Below, in pieces: positions 14,351 to 24,690 of a stretch of 30,682 nucleotides of DNA. Below the pieces are notes generated by a model. That model saw only the letters and a program-made list of their open reading frames with translations, was not told the DNA's origin and searched no databases. The position numbers and the translations under genes were made by a program. The DNA is taken from IMG/VR virus record IMGVR_UViG_3300036987_000088, positions 1 through 30,682 of that record. One strand, given 5' to 3'. This stretch comes from a virus. Lineage: Duplodnaviria; Caudoviricetes. How positions within the stretch are numbered: the stretch's first letter is position 1; every line of letters starts with the position of its first letter.

Positions 14351-16199
14351 GCGCCCACCTACAGACCCCGTTCTCGCCTATGCTGAATCTATCGTTTCCG
14401 GGCGGATCGTCGCTGGTCCGCATGTGCGCAACGCGTGCCGGCGGCATCTCGACGACCTGAAGCACGGCCCTTCGCGGGGGCTGAAATGGGACCTCCCTGC
14501 GGCGCTTCGGGCGATCAATTTCTGCCCTGACGTGCTCCGACTTGCGCAGGGGAAATTCGAGGGGCTGCCATTTGTCCCGGAGCCTTCTCAGGCTTTCATC
14601 CTCGGGTCGATATTCGGCTGGAAGCGGGCTGATGGGTTCCGCCGGTTCAGGCGTGTCTACATTGAGCAAGCGAAAGGCAATGGGAAATCGCCAACTGCTG
14701 GGGCAATCGGTATGTATTGCCTTGTCGCCGATGGAGAGCCGCAAGCGGAGGTCTATGCCGGCGCATCAATGAAATCGCAGGCGATGGTTATTTTCCGGTC
14801 CGTGGTGATGATGTGGAAGCAATCGCCGGCTTTGTCGTCTCGCCTGACGCCATCCGGCGGCAACCCGGTTTGGAATCTCGCAGACCTGAAAACCGGAAGT
14901 TTCTTCCGGCCTATTTCGACCGAGGAAGCGCATTCCGGGCCGATGCCGAGCTGCGCGCTGCTCGACGAGATCCACGAGCACCGCGACGGCTCGATGGTCG
15001 AGATGATGGAGCGTGGGTTCAAATCGCGTCGCCAGCCGCTGTTGATTATGATCACGAACGCCGGCTCGGATCGGAACTCGGTCTGCTGGCAGGAGCATCT
15101 TCATGGGGTTAGGGTTGCCGCTGGCACGATGACTGTGGATGACGAGGCGACTTATGTCGGCGAACCGATCGACGATTCCTCGTTTTCCTACGTGTGCGCC
15201 TTGGACAAGGGGGAAGACCCGCTCGAGGATGAATCGTGTTGGATCAAGGCGAACCCGCTGATCGACGTGACGATGCCGTCTGCGGAGCTTCGGCGGGCCT
15301 TTGCCCAGGCCAAGGCGATCCCAGGCAAGCTCAACAACGTGCTCAGGCTGCATGGGTGCGTCTGGACGGATTCCGACAGTGCGTGGATGTCGCGCCAAGC
15401 GCTCGAGGCATGCCTAGATGATTTCGATCCTGCCGAGCTCTCCGGCGAAGCTGTGAGTTGCGGTATCGATCTTTCCGGGTCGCAGGATTTGACCGCGCTC
15501 GCGTTCGTGTCACGCACTGGAATGGTCGAACGGCCGAATGCCGACGGCACGGGCGTGGTCATGATGCCGACATTCGATGCGTGGGTGGAGGCATGGACGC
15601 CCGGCGATACGATACGCGAGCGCGCGCTTCGCGACCAAGCGCCATACGAGACGTGGGTCGAGCAGGGTTGGCTCAATGCGCCGCCTGGCAAGCAGGTCAG
15701 GCTCGATTTCGTGGCGGCGCGCCTCGCTGGGGCGGCAGCGGAATACAAGATAGAGGCGGTCGCCTATGATCGCTACGCCTACCGGAAAATGGAAGACGAG
15801 CTCGACGCGCTCGGCGTGAGTGTCATGCAAATCGAGCACCCGCAAGGCGGCAAGCGCCGTGCTGCGGTGCCTGACGACATTCTCGAAAAGGCGCGCCGCG
15901 ATGGTAGCGACCCGCCGCTCGGCCTTTGGATGCCGGGGTCCCTCGGCATGCTCGAAACCTTGATCTTGGAGCGGCGGATCCGGATTCGCCGGAGCCCCGT
16001 GATCATTTCTGCAATGATGTCGGCCACGACCGAGGAGGACCCGTTCGGCAATCGGTGGTTTTCTAAGCGCAAAGCAACGAACAGGATCGACGCGGCTGTT
16101 GCTCTCGCAATGGCTATTGGATGTGCCACGGCCGCCTTCGTGGACAAGCCGCGCAAACGGTCTTTTTGGGATTATGACGAGGCGGAGCTGGTCGTGTAA
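14307..16199 (+). CDS. terL: terminase large subunit
   Basis: Walker A KGNGKS, Walker B LLDEIHEH, nuclease GIDLS, RIDAAVALAMA; start approximate. Confidence 0.95.
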   Translation: MVRRKTTPPNRTSGKRPPTDPVLAYAESIVSGRIVAGPHVRNACRRHLDDLKHGPSRGLKWDLPAALRAINFCPDVLRLAQGKFEGLPFVPEPSQAFILGSIFGWKRADGFRRFRRVYIEQAKGNGKSPTAGAIGMYCLVADGEPQAEVYAGASMKSQAMVIFRSVVMMWKQSPALSSRLTPSGGNPVWNLADLKTGSFFRPISTEEAHSGPMPSCALLDEIHEHRDGSMVEMMERGFKSRRQPLLIMITNAGSDRNSVCWQEHLHGVRVAAGTMTVDDEATYVGEPIDDSSFSYVCALDKGEDPLEDESCWIKANPLIDVTMPSAELRRAFAQAKAIPGKLNNVLRLHGCVWTDSDSAWMSRQALEACLDDFDPAELSGEAVSCGIDLSGSQDLTALAFVSRTGMVERPNADGTGVVMMPTFDAWVEAWTPGDTIRERALRDQAPYETWVEQGWLNAPPGKQVRLDFVAARLAGAAAEYKIEAVAYDRYAYRKMEDELDALGVSVMQIEHPQGGKRRAAVPDDILEKARRDGSDPPLGLWMPGSLGMLETLILERRIRIRRSPVIISAMMSATTEEDPFGNRWFSKRKATNRIDAAVALAMAIGCATAAFVDKPRKRSFWDYDEAELVV

Positions 16200-17476
16200 T
16201 GGGCCTCATTTCATGGATGACGGCCCCGTTTCGGCGCCAATCGCAACCGAAAAACACAGCTTTCGAGGAAGCGGTTTGGCGCGATCTTTTCGACCTTGGG
16301 GAGCCGCTCGCGTCAGGCGAGCGAGTCAACTGGAAAACCTCACTCAGTGTCCCGGCGGCTCTGCGGTGCGGGCTCGTCATATCTGATGGAATCTCGACCG
16401 TCCCGTGCAAGTTGATGCGGAAGGACCCGGCGACTGGGCAGCGTAGCGACGCTACGGATCACCCTTTGTACTGGATGTTCAAGCGCAAGACATCTTCGTT
16501 TCAGAATTCGCTAGAATTTCGCGAGACCATCGCTCTACATGTTGTATTCACGGGGGCGGCCTACGCATTCAAAAACAGGGTGCGCGGGCAGATTCGTGAA
16601 TTGCTGCCGATCCCGCCACATGCTGTGACCGTGAAGCAAAACGATGATTACAGCTTAGTTTATACTGTTGCCGGGTTGGACGGCACGTCGGAGGAAATCC
16701 CGGCGAGGGATATTTGGCACATTCGGGGCCCGTCATGGGACGGGTATTCCGGGCTGAATATGGTCTACCTGCTCAGGAATGCGCTCGGGCTGTCCATGGC
16801 GACGGAGCGGGCGCACGCGAGCCGTTTCGGGAACGGCGTGCAGACGACGGGTCTATATTCGGTGGACGGGGCGCTCGACGACGCCCAATATAGGCGGATT
16901 TCCGCGTGGATCCACAAGCATTTCTCGGGCGGCGTGAACAGTGGAAAGCCTCTCGTGCTCGACAATAAAGCCACGTTTACGCCAATCGAGATGAGTGGTG
17001 TCGATGCGCAGCACGTCGAGGCGCGCATGTTGCAAATTCAGGAGATTTGCACGGGGTTCGGCGTTAAGCCGATCATGATCGGACATGCGGACAAGACAGC
17101 AACATACGCGAGCGCAGAGCAAATGTTTCTGGCGCATGCGGTGCACACGATCCGGCCATGGCACCGGCGGTTTGAAGCGTCGATGAACGCCGAGTTGCTG
17201 ACCGAAGAAGAGGCCATGGCCGGCTATTACTTCAAGTTTATCGATACCGAGCTGTTGCGTGGCGCGGCTAAGGACCGCGCGGATTACTACTCTAAAATGT
17301 TCGCGATTGGCGGGTTGTCGCCGAACGCGATCGCCGAGGCCGAGGACATGGAGGGCTTCGATGATGGCTATACGCGCTACAGGCCGGCGAACATGACGCC
17401 AATCACGGCCGAGACGAATGCTCCAACTGTCCCGGATGCGCCGCAAACGCCTGGGCCGGCTCCGGCTGAGGAATGA
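16199..17476 (+). CDS. HK97-family portal protein
   Basis: IWHIRG..WDGYSG, DAQHVEAR..QIQEIC..FGVKP. Confidence 0.95.
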   Translation: MGLISWMTAPFRRQSQPKNTAFEEAVWRDLFDLGEPLASGERVNWKTSLSVPAALRCGLVISDGISTVPCKLMRKDPATGQRSDATDHPLYWMFKRKTSSFQNSLEFRETIALHVVFTGAAYAFKNRVRGQIRELLPIPPHAVTVKQNDDYSLVYTVAGLDGTSEEIPARDIWHIRGPSWDGYSGLNMVYLLRNALGLSMATERAHASRFGNGVQTTGLYSVDGALDDAQYRRISAWIHKHFSGGVNSGKPLVLDNKATFTPIEMSGVDAQHVEARMLQIQEICTGFGVKPIMIGHADKTATYASAEQMFLAHAVHTIRPWHRRFEASMNAELLTEEEAMAGYYFKFIDTELLRGAAKDRADYYSKMFAIGGLSPNAIAEAEDMEGFDDGYTRYRPANMTPITAETNAPTVPDAPQTPGPAPAEE

Positions 17477-18390
17477 CTGATATGGGAAAGCCTATTTTCG
17501 ACCTTGGCTCGATACCATCCGAAGCCAACGGGCGGGCGCCGGTCGTTGAATATCCGAACATGCTCCGGCTTTGTGCTGGCAAGAATGCGTCGAGCGTCGA
17601 GCTGATCGTCTATGGCGAAATTGGCGGGTGGTGGGACGGCATCGACGCGGGCCAAGTCATTGCCGAGTTGTCCGCGCTGGATGTCGATCAGATAGATGTC
17701 CGGCTGAATTCGCCCGGTGGTGTCGTGTTCGATGGTGTTGCGATCTACAACGCGCTTGCGCAGCACAAGGCGAATGTGACGGTCCATATCGAGGGCGTCG
17801 CGGCAAGCATCGCCAGCGTGATCGCTATGGCCGGGGATACGATCAAGATCGGCGAAGCCGCCAACGTTATGATCCACAAGCCGTGGTCTATCGCGCTCGG
17901 CGATGCCGATGTGCTGCGCAAGGAAGCCGATGTCCTTGACACGCTCGAGGGCGGGATTCTCGACATCTATCAGGCCCGCACCGGTGCCGCCACGGAGCAG
18001 TTGCGCTCATGGGTTGCGGCCGAGACATGGTTTCGTGGGCAGGCCGCGATCGACGCGGGATTTGCCGACGAATTGGTGCCGGCGAAGGGAAAGAAAGCCA
18101 GCGCGGCGCGGTCGCAAATCTATGCGTTGTTCCGCCATACGCCGGCTGACATTTTAGCCGCACAGCACCAGAATGAACCTACAGTGAGAGATTTCGAGCG
18201 CCTTCTTCGAGACGTGGAGGGCCTATCGAATGCCGCGGCGAAGCGTATCGCTTCGTTTGCCGCAAGGTCGTTTGCGCAGGAGCGGGATGTTCCGGCGCCC
18301 ACGCATCGTGACGATGCGAATCCGCCCGTGGATAGCGCCGCCTTGTGGAAAGTCGCGCACCACATTCGTAGACTCACGAACAAGGACTGA
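17473..18390 (+). CDS. ClpP-like (S14) head maturation protease
   Basis: LNSPGG, AASIASVIAMAG, MIHKPW, AETWF. Confidence 0.92.
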   Translation: MTDMGKPIFDLGSIPSEANGRAPVVEYPNMLRLCAGKNASSVELIVYGEIGGWWDGIDAGQVIAELSALDVDQIDVRLNSPGGVVFDGVAIYNALAQHKANVTVHIEGVAASIASVIAMAGDTIKIGEAANVMIHKPWSIALGDADVLRKEADVLDTLEGGILDIYQARTGAATEQLRSWVAAETWFRGQAAIDAGFADELVPAKGKKASAARSQIYALFRHTPADILAAQHQNEPTVRDFERLLRDVEGLSNAAAKRIASFAARSFAQERDVPAPTHRDDANPPVDSAALWKVAHHIRRLTNKD

Positions 18391-18394
18391 CACA

Positions 18395-19618
18395 ATGTCG
18401 GACGATCCCGTCGCCGCGCTCATGGGCGCTTTCGACGAATTCAAGCAGGTCAATGACGCGAACCTGAAACAACGCGATGTAGTGCTCGAGGACCGGCTGG
18501 GGAAGCTTTCAGCCTCGCTCGATCGCTTCGAGAACCTGAACCAGAAGCTGGTTTCCGAGGAACGGGCTCGTGTGGCGATGCAGGAGCAGCTCGACTCCGT
18601 CGATGCCGCGATGAATCGCAAGGTGTTCGGCAAGGGGGGCAATCTCCCGAGCAAGGATGAAGAGCATTACCGCACCGCGTTCAATCGTGCGGTCCGGCGC
18701 TCGCCGGAGGACAGGGACCCCGGAGATGTTACGCTCCTGAACAAGCGCAAGGCCGCGCTGATCAAGGGCGACGACGCCGCGGCTGGCTACCTCGTGGCTC
18801 CGGCGGAGATGATCTCCGAAATCATCAAGGATATCGTCGAAATCTCGCCGATCCGCACGCTTGCGACGGTCCGGACGATCGGTGGGCCGAGCCTGAAGCA
18901 ACCCAAGCGCACTCAAACGGCCGGCGCGACCCGTGTTGGTGAGCAAACCACGCGAACTAATACCGGGGATCCGGCCTACGGGATGATCGACATTCCGGCG
19001 CCGGAGCTGTTCGCTAGGGCCGAGGTGTCGCAGCAAATGCTCGAGGATTCGGATTATGACCTCGAGGCGGAGCTTCGAAGTGAGTTCAGCGAGCAATTCG
19101 CGCTGAAAGAAGGGCAGGAATTCGTCTCCGGGACCGCGACGAACAACCAGTGCGAGGGATTCCTGACCAACGCCAGCATCGGGTCGGTGAATTCCGGTGT
19201 TGCCGCCGACATCTCGGCCGATGGGCTCATCAATCTCTTCTATGAGCTTAAAACCGGCTACACGCGCAACGCGGTCTTCACGATGAACCGGCAAACGCTT
19301 CGCGAGATCCGGAAGCTGAAGGACGGCGACGGTCAATACCTGTGGACTCCCGGAATTCCTGGGGCTGTGCCGAATATGCTGCTCGGGACGACCTATGTCG
19401 AGGTCCCGGACATGCCGGCAATCGGCGCGAACGCGTATCCGGTTGCTTTCGGGGACTTCCGCCGCGCCTACGTGATCGTCGATCGCATCATGATGCAGGT
19501 CCAGGTCGATTATACGACCGGCGCGGACAGTGGGCTCGTGGTGTTCCGGGCGCGCAAGCGCGTCGGTGGCGGGGTTCGCCAGCCGGACGCGATGAAAAAG
19601 CTGAAGATCGCGGCTTGA
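18395..19618 (+). CDS. HK97-fold major capsid protein
   Basis: N-terminal coiled-coil delta domain, GYLVAP, SQQMLEDS, IRKLKDGDGQYLW, FGDFRRAY; AAGGA RBS. Confidence 0.95.
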   Translation: MSDDPVAALMGAFDEFKQVNDANLKQRDVVLEDRLGKLSASLDRFENLNQKLVSEERARVAMQEQLDSVDAAMNRKVFGKGGNLPSKDEEHYRTAFNRAVRRSPEDRDPGDVTLLNKRKAALIKGDDAAAGYLVAPAEMISEIIKDIVEISPIRTLATVRTIGGPSLKQPKRTQTAGATRVGEQTTRTNTGDPAYGMIDIPAPELFARAEVSQQMLEDSDYDLEAELRSEFSEQFALKEGQEFVSGTATNNQCEGFLTNASIGSVNSGVAADISADGLINLFYELKTGYTRNAVFTMNRQTLREIRKLKDGDGQYLWTPGIPGAVPNMLLGTTYVEVPDMPAIGANAYPVAFGDFRRAYVIVDRIMMQVQVDYTTGADSGLVVFRARKRVGGGVRQPDAMKKLKIAA

Positions 19619-19660
19619 TGATCGGTCTTTCGAGGGTCAAATTACCATAGGAGAGCCGAC

Positions 19661-20092
19661 ATGGCGTCCCGAGATATCCACAACTGCCTCGCGCCGAAGC
19701 GCGGTATTTCGCCGGCGGCGGCGGTGACGAATGATACCGCCTTCGTTTCGCAGATCGTCGATACCGCCGGCTATGAATCGGCGGAATTCATCATCTTGAC
19801 CGGCTCGCTGGCTGATGCTGATGCGACGTTCACCGTCCTGGTCGAGGATGGTGATAATTCTTCGCTCACCGACAATGCCGCCGTCGCCGACAGTTTTCTG
19901 CTCGGCACCGAGGCGCTCGCATCGTTCACATTCGCGGGTGACGATAAGGTGTTCAAGATCGGCTACATCGGCGACAAGCGCTATGTGCGCGTGACCGTCA
20001 CCCCGGCGAACAACACAGGCAATGCGTTCATCGCCGGGCTGTGGTTGCTTGGTCATCCGAGGTCAGAGCCGACGGCGAACCCGCCCGCGTAA
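19661..20092 (+). CDS. putative capsid-associated/decoration protein
   Basis: Follows the capsid gene; AGGAG RBS; beta-rich, IGYIGDKRYVRV. Confidence 0.7.
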   Translation: MASRDIHNCLAPKRGISPAAAVTNDTAFVSQIVDTAGYESAEFIILTGSLADADATFTVLVEDGDNSSLTDNAAVADSFLLGTEALASFTFAGDDKVFKIGYIGDKRYVRVTVTPANNTGNAFIAGLWLLGHPRSEPTANPPA

Positions 20093-20101
20093 CGACGTCG
20101 C

Positions 20102-20129
20102 GCCCGTGGCACGGACCACGGGCCTTTTT
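20102..20129 (+). terminator. Intrinsic terminator
   Basis: GCCCGTGG-CACGGA-CCACGGGC-CTTTTT. Confidence 0.7.
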
Positions 20130-20143
20130 CGAGGGGGCCGACT

Positions 20144-20575
20144 ATGGCGACAGGCTACAATACCAAGATCTATACCAAGCAGGGCGGGGCCGAGATGGTC
20201 GTGGCCTCCGGCGGCAAGATCACCGTCGAGGCAGGCGGGTCGATCGAGGGCGTCGGGGTTGCCGGCGATGTTGCGGTTGCGGCCGATGTTCTCGCGATTC
20301 CGGTGACGCATGCCCATGTGTCGAAGACTACTGGCGCCGACGCCGAGGCTCTGACGCTCGCGAACGGCGTTCCGGGCCAAATGTTGACGATCACGATGGT
20401 TGTGGACGGTGGCGGGACCGGGACTTTGACGCCGACGACGAAAACCGGCTTCACCTCGGTCGCGTTCGCGGATGCCGGCGACCGTGTGACGTTGCGATAC
20501 GTCGATTCGACGGTCGGGTGGGTCGTGCTCGGGACATCCGGGATTACTGCGCCTCCCGAGGTCGCGATTACGTAA
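20144..20575 (+). CDS. putative head decoration/fibre protein
   Basis: GAGGGGG RBS; Gly/Thr/Val-rich beta protein in the head module. Confidence 0.7.
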   Translation: MATGYNTKIYTKQGGAEMVVASGGKITVEAGGSIEGVGVAGDVAVAADVLAIPVTHAHVSKTTGADAEALTLANGVPGQMLTITMVVDGGGTGTLTPTTKTGFTSVAFADAGDRVTLRYVDSTVGWVVLGTSGITAPPEVAIT

Positions 20576-20588
20576 TTGTGGGGGCGGC

Positions 20589-21236
20589 GTGACCTTCATT
20601 GTTAGCGTGCCTGCGGCAGATCGTGGCCTTTTGACGCTTGCGGAGATAAAAACCGCGCTCGGAATCACAGATACTTCGCAAGACGCGACCCTGACAGCGC
20701 TCGGGTTGCAGGTCTCGGCGATCGTCACGAGCTACTGTAGGGTGCCTAGCGATGGCATTTCTCCCCCTACTTTGCGCCGCGAAACCGTCGTGCAGACCAC
20801 ACGAATTCATGAAAAAATCGCCGAATTTATGCTTTCCAGGCGGTTTGTGGCGTCCGGGGAGGCTATTTCAGTCGATGGCGAGGCTTTAGCCGTCGATAAT
20901 TACGAGGTGGATCGCTCTGCGGGCCTTGTCAGGCGCCTTATCAGTGGCCGTGTTGTGTATTGGTCGTGCGGAACCGTAGTTGTGACCTATCAGGCCGGGT
21001 TAGAGCCGGTGCCGGACCTGATAAAGCGCGCGGCGACCAACGCAATTCGCGAGCAATGGTCGGAATTGCAACGGGATCCGCTGATAAAGCGGGAACGCGA
21101 GAAGCTCGACGGCGTGAGTGAGATGGAAACCGAATATTGGGTGAATTCGTCTACAGGATCGTCCTCGGCGAACGGTCTCTCGGGCCAGGTGAGAGCAATG
21201 CTAGACGAATACCGGTATTTTTGGCTAGGGGAGTGA
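20589..21236 (+). CDS. head-tail connector/adaptor (gp6-like)
   Basis: LLTLAEIKTALGI, VTYQAG..VPDLIKRA, MLDEYR. Confidence 0.85.
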   Translation: MTFIVSVPAADRGLLTLAEIKTALGITDTSQDATLTALGLQVSAIVTSYCRVPSDGISPPTLRRETVVQTTRIHEKIAEFMLSRRFVASGEAISVDGEALAVDNYEVDRSAGLVRRLISGRVVYWSCGTVVVTYQAGLEPVPDLIKRAATNAIREQWSELQRDPLIKREREKLDGVSEMETEYWVNSSTGSSSANGLSGQVRAMLDEYRYFWLGE

Positions 21237-21242
21237 CGGGCT

Positions 21243-21647
21243 GTGGTGTGGGTTGCCCCTGAGCGTGATCCAAAGCTTGCCGCGATGTTCGCGAGACGCA
21301 TAGCGGCCCGGCCTGAAGTCGTGACACTCTACCGATTGACCGGCGCGGCGCCGAACGTGACCAGCGTTTCAGTGACAGTCACGGGTTCCGTGGTCGATGT
21401 GAAAAGTTCCACGGCGAATCAGGATGTCGAGGGGCGCGTGCCAAACGGGAATATTCCGCAATCGGCGGCCGAGATCATCATTATGGCCCAGGATCTGGAG
21501 GCAGCGAGCTTCCCGATGCCGGTAGAGAAATACGACAAGATCACACTATCCGCGACGGGTGCTCGGTTGAGCATATCTGATGTCGATATGCACAAAGGCG
21601 CGCGGGGGGGCGCGGTCTACATCTACGCGGATGGAGCGGGGAGCTAA
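21243..21647 (+). CDS. putative head-closure protein
   Basis: Size and position. Confidence 0.6.
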   Translation: MVWVAPERDPKLAAMFARRIAARPEVVTLYRLTGAAPNVTSVSVTVTGSVVDVKSSTANQDVEGRVPNGNIPQSAAEIIIMAQDLEAASFPMPVEKYDKITLSATGARLSISDVDMHKGARGGAVYIYADGAGS

Positions 21648-22126
21648 TGTTCACTCTACAGGAAAGTGGCCTTCGGCAAACTGTCGCCCTCTTCGAGGGA
21701 ATTCCCGACGAGGTACGGAGGCGGCTCCTCCCTACCATCGAGGACCTGGCCCAGGCTGTAAAGGCGGGCGCCGTTGCCCGCGTGCCGGTCAAGACCGGCC
21801 AACTGCGCAACTCGATTCAATACAGGATTCTAAACAAGCAGGGAGAAGTCAAGGCGATCGTCTCGCCGAAGCGTGGCCGAAGAGTCGCGAGGGCCGAATC
21901 CGGCTTCTATGGGATCATAATCGAGGGGGGTGCAAAGCCCCACAAAATTCGCCCTAAGAATAGAAAGCGCATGGCCTTCACCCTACCCGGCGTAGGGGTC
22001 GTGTTCGCCCGAGGCGTCAGTCATCCCGGCATTGCGGCAGATCCGTTCATGCGCCCCGCATACGAGGCACAACGCGAGAGGATTCGGGGCGAACTCACGA
22101 AAGCAGTCGAAGGGGGTAGCCCGTGA
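21647..22126 (+). CDS. HK97 gp10-like neck protein
   Basis: PVKTGQLRNSI, FYG.IIEGG, PFMRPA. Confidence 0.88.
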   Translation: MFTLQESGLRQTVALFEGIPDEVRRRLLPTIEDLAQAVKAGAVARVPVKTGQLRNSIQYRILNKQGEVKAIVSPKRGRRVARAESGFYGIIIEGGAKPHKIRPKNRKRMAFTLPGVGVVFARGVSHPGIAADPFMRPAYEAQRERIRGELTKAVEGGSP

Positions 22127-22560
22127 GTGTAGATTACAACGCGGTGGCCGAGGCCCTGCTTGCCCTGCTCGGCGACACCTACCCCTTCGTAGTTAAGAGC
22201 CGTAGGCTCCGCGACCCGGAGCGCCTCGGCCTGAGCGAGACCCCCGCGTTGTTCCTTTTGGAGCACGAGGAAGAGTACGAAAGGGCATCCCCGTCAATGC
22301 CCCCGAAGCGCACCCTCTGGTTTGTTGCGATGGTCTACGTAGACGTAGGGGACGACGAAAACGCAATCCCGGTTGCGATCATCAACGACGTGCTCGGCGC
22401 GTTCAACGCTGCACTCGGCACAGAGAACTACGGCCACGGCAGATTGACCCTGGGGGATCTGGCCTACGCCGCAATGATCTCGGGGACCGCCGCATGGTCG
22501 AGCGGCGAACTCACGGGCAAGGCCGCACTCTCGGTCCCGATCGCCGTACTCCTGCCATAA
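22123..22560 (+). CDS. putative tail terminator/completion protein
   Basis: Position before the tail tube gene; acidic, about 145 aa. Confidence 0.65.
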   Translation: MSVDYNAVAEALLALLGDTYPFVVKSRRLRDPERLGLSETPALFLLEHEEEYERASPSMPPKRTLWFVAMVYVDVGDDENAIPVAIINDVLGAFNAALGTENYGHGRLTLGDLAYAAMISGTAAWSSGELTGKAALSVPIAVLLP

Positions 22561-22579
22561 CTAAACCAAGGATTCCACA

Positions 22580-22789
22580 ATGGCTGACATAGGAAAAATC
22601 ATCGAAGAACCCGCCATGGAAACGCGCGACAAGATTCGACCGAAGAAAGCGGTTGAAGTCGAGAAATTGGTGCAAGGATGGGTGCATGATTTCATCTACG
22701 GTGGGCCGATTGCCAGAGATGTTGATTCCATTAATGCTTTGCAGGCGGCAATCCCAGAGCTGATTAAAAAGCTCGAAACTCACCTTTAA
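22580..22789 (+). CDS. hypothetical protein
   Basis: AAGGA RBS. Confidence 0.65.
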   Translation: MADIGKIIEEPAMETRDKIRPKKAVEVEKLVQGWVHDFIYGGPIARDVDSINALQAAIPELIKKLETHL

Positions 22790-22820
22790 TCAAAATAGCG
22801 CTTGAAAGGAACCTTCAACA

Positions 22821-23570
22821 ATGGCTACTTTCTCTTTTGGCTCTGGTGTTCTTATCGGTGTTCGCACAGATGTCACGCCGACCGTGCCGGTCAACTTTGG
22901 GATTCTCCAGGATGTCGAGATTTCCATGAAGTCTGACTTGAAGGAACTTTACGGTCAGTTTGAGGATCCTATCGCGGTCGGTCGCGGCAAGCGCAAGATC
23001 ACTGTCAAGGCGCAGGTTGCCCGCATCTCCGGGCTTGCCTTTGGCCACCTCTTCTTTGGCGTCGCCCCCGTCGACGGGCAGGTGGCAACGCAATTCGAGG
23101 AAGCCGGCATGGTCCCCGCCATTTCGCCCTACACCATTACCGTAGCGAACGCGGCCACCTTCGTCCAGGATCTGGGCGTTGTGCGCGTTTCGACTGGCCT
23201 CCCTTTAAAAAAAGTTACTACTGTCGTCGGTGCGGGCGAATATTCCGTCGTCACCGCGTTCGGGGAGTACACGTTTAGCTCCGGCAATGTGGGCGCGGAT
23301 GTCAAGATCACCTACGCGTATAGTATCCCGGCCTCGGGCCAGAAGATTATCGTCCCCAACAGTCTTATGGGGGCTGCTCCTACCTTTTCTGCGCACTTCT
23401 ACACTAATTTCCAAGGCAAGCCGATCTCCATGAAGCTCCATCGGCTGGTGGCTGGCTCGCTGAGCTTCAAGACCAAGCTCGACGATTTCACGATGCCCGA
23501 GTTCGAGGCCAGCGCTTTCGCGGATAGTGCCGGCAACGTCCTGACGTGGAGCTTCGCCGAAGCGGGGTAA
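22821..23570 (+). CDS. major tail tube protein
   Basis: FSFGSG, KELYGQ..PIAVGRGK, KLDDFTMPEF; position. Confidence 0.8.
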   Translation: MATFSFGSGVLIGVRTDVTPTVPVNFGILQDVEISMKSDLKELYGQFEDPIAVGRGKRKITVKAQVARISGLAFGHLFFGVAPVDGQVATQFEEAGMVPAISPYTITVANAATFVQDLGVVRVSTGLPLKKVTTVVGAGEYSVVTAFGEYTFSSGNVGADVKITYAYSIPASGQKIIVPNSLMGAAPTFSAHFYTNFQGKPISMKLHRLVAGSLSFKTKLDDFTMPEFEASAFADSAGNVLTWSFAEAG

Positions 23571-23621
23571 TCTACGTGGGCTGGCTTCGGCCCGCCTCTA
23601 CATTTTCAATAAGGGGGAAAA

Positions 23622-24026
23622 ATGGGCCACCTCGAAATCACCCTCGCCGGCAGGGCCTACGTAATCCCGCCATTCACCCTTCGCCAGCTCCAAAGAATCG
23701 AACTCGTCGAGGCCCGCGCCGTGTTGCAGCGGCGCCGCACTCTCGACGACAACGGCGCCCTCGACCACGAGTCAGTTCTCGCCAACGTCGAAACCGAGAT
23801 GGCAAAAATCGCCGGAGTTATCGCGGTTGCGTTGTCTAAGGCGTATCCCGAGGTTGCGGATGGCCTGGAGGACATCGAGGGTTTGAAAGCGCACGAGCTG
23901 AGTTCCGCATACGAGTCCATCCTCGACCACGGCGGATTCCGCAGGGTCGCCGAGCTTGCGGCCGAACCTGCCGCCGAGGCCGTTGCGGAGCCCGCGAAGG
24001 CCCCTCGGAAGCGCAAGGTCGCGTAG
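23622..24026 (+). CDS. tail assembly chaperone (G-like)
   Basis: Between the tube and tape measure genes; ITLAGRAYVIPPFTLRQL. Confidence 0.7.
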   Translation: MGHLEITLAGRAYVIPPFTLRQLQRIELVEARAVLQRRRTLDDNGALDHESVLANVETEMAKIAGVIAVALSKAYPEVADGLEDIEGLKAHELSSAYESILDHGGFRRVAELAAEPAAEAVAEPAKAPRKRKVA

Positions 24027-24679
24027 TGTACGCTGGCCGATTCGCCACCTTTGAAGTGAGATTTGCCGGCCGATCCTACGCGATCGGCAGGCTGAACCTT
24101 GCCCAGTTGCAACGCATTGAAATGTGCATCTGGGAGCTGGCTCGACTCGAAGGCGCCGAGACGATCGAGGCCATCGAGCGCAAGCAGGAATTCGTCGCCA
24201 ACGTGCTGATCATCGCGACCCGCCTCGACGTGCTCGACATTCCCGGCGTCACGAATGCCGAGGTCGCGGTTGCCTTCAAGAACGTGCTCGACGAGGCCGG
24301 ATTCAAGCCACGTGAAGGCCACGCCGAGACCTCGGAGCCCGTGGGAAAATCCGACCCGGCCAAATTTTGGCGGAAACTCTACGGCCGATTGATCGCTGCG
24401 GGAATCCCGCCAAGCGCCATCGATGCGTTCAGCATGTGGGATGTCGAGGCACTGTATGAGCATTGGGGAGAGGCGCCCCCTGCAAACGAAATCCTCGCCG
24501 CGGTGCATTTGGAAAAGCCGAAGGCGAAGGGGCCCACCGATGGTGAGAAGGCCATCATGGAAAAATACAAGTCTTCCGCTCCGAAAGTCGCAGGGGCCGA
24601 CGACGACCCGAGCGGAATCGGCGGACTGGTTGCGAATACGGTCTCCGGTCAACCCCTGCGCATGAGTGATCTTTTTTGA
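24026..24679 (+). CDS. tail assembly chaperone, G-like paralogue fused to a T-like segment
   Basis: N-terminal half is paralogous to 23622..24026; C-terminal half has LYGRLIAAG...LYEHWGEAPP. Confidence 0.65.
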   Translation: MYAGRFATFEVRFAGRSYAIGRLNLAQLQRIEMCIWELARLEGAETIEAIERKQEFVANVLIIATRLDVLDIPGVTNAEVAVAFKNVLDEAGFKPREGHAETSEPVGKSDPAKFWRKLYGRLIAAGIPPSAIDAFSMWDVEALYEHWGEAPPANEILAAVHLEKPKAKGPTDGEKAIMEKYKSSAPKVAGADDDPSGIGGLVANTVSGQPLRMSDLF

Positions 24680-24690
24680 GGGGCTAAACT

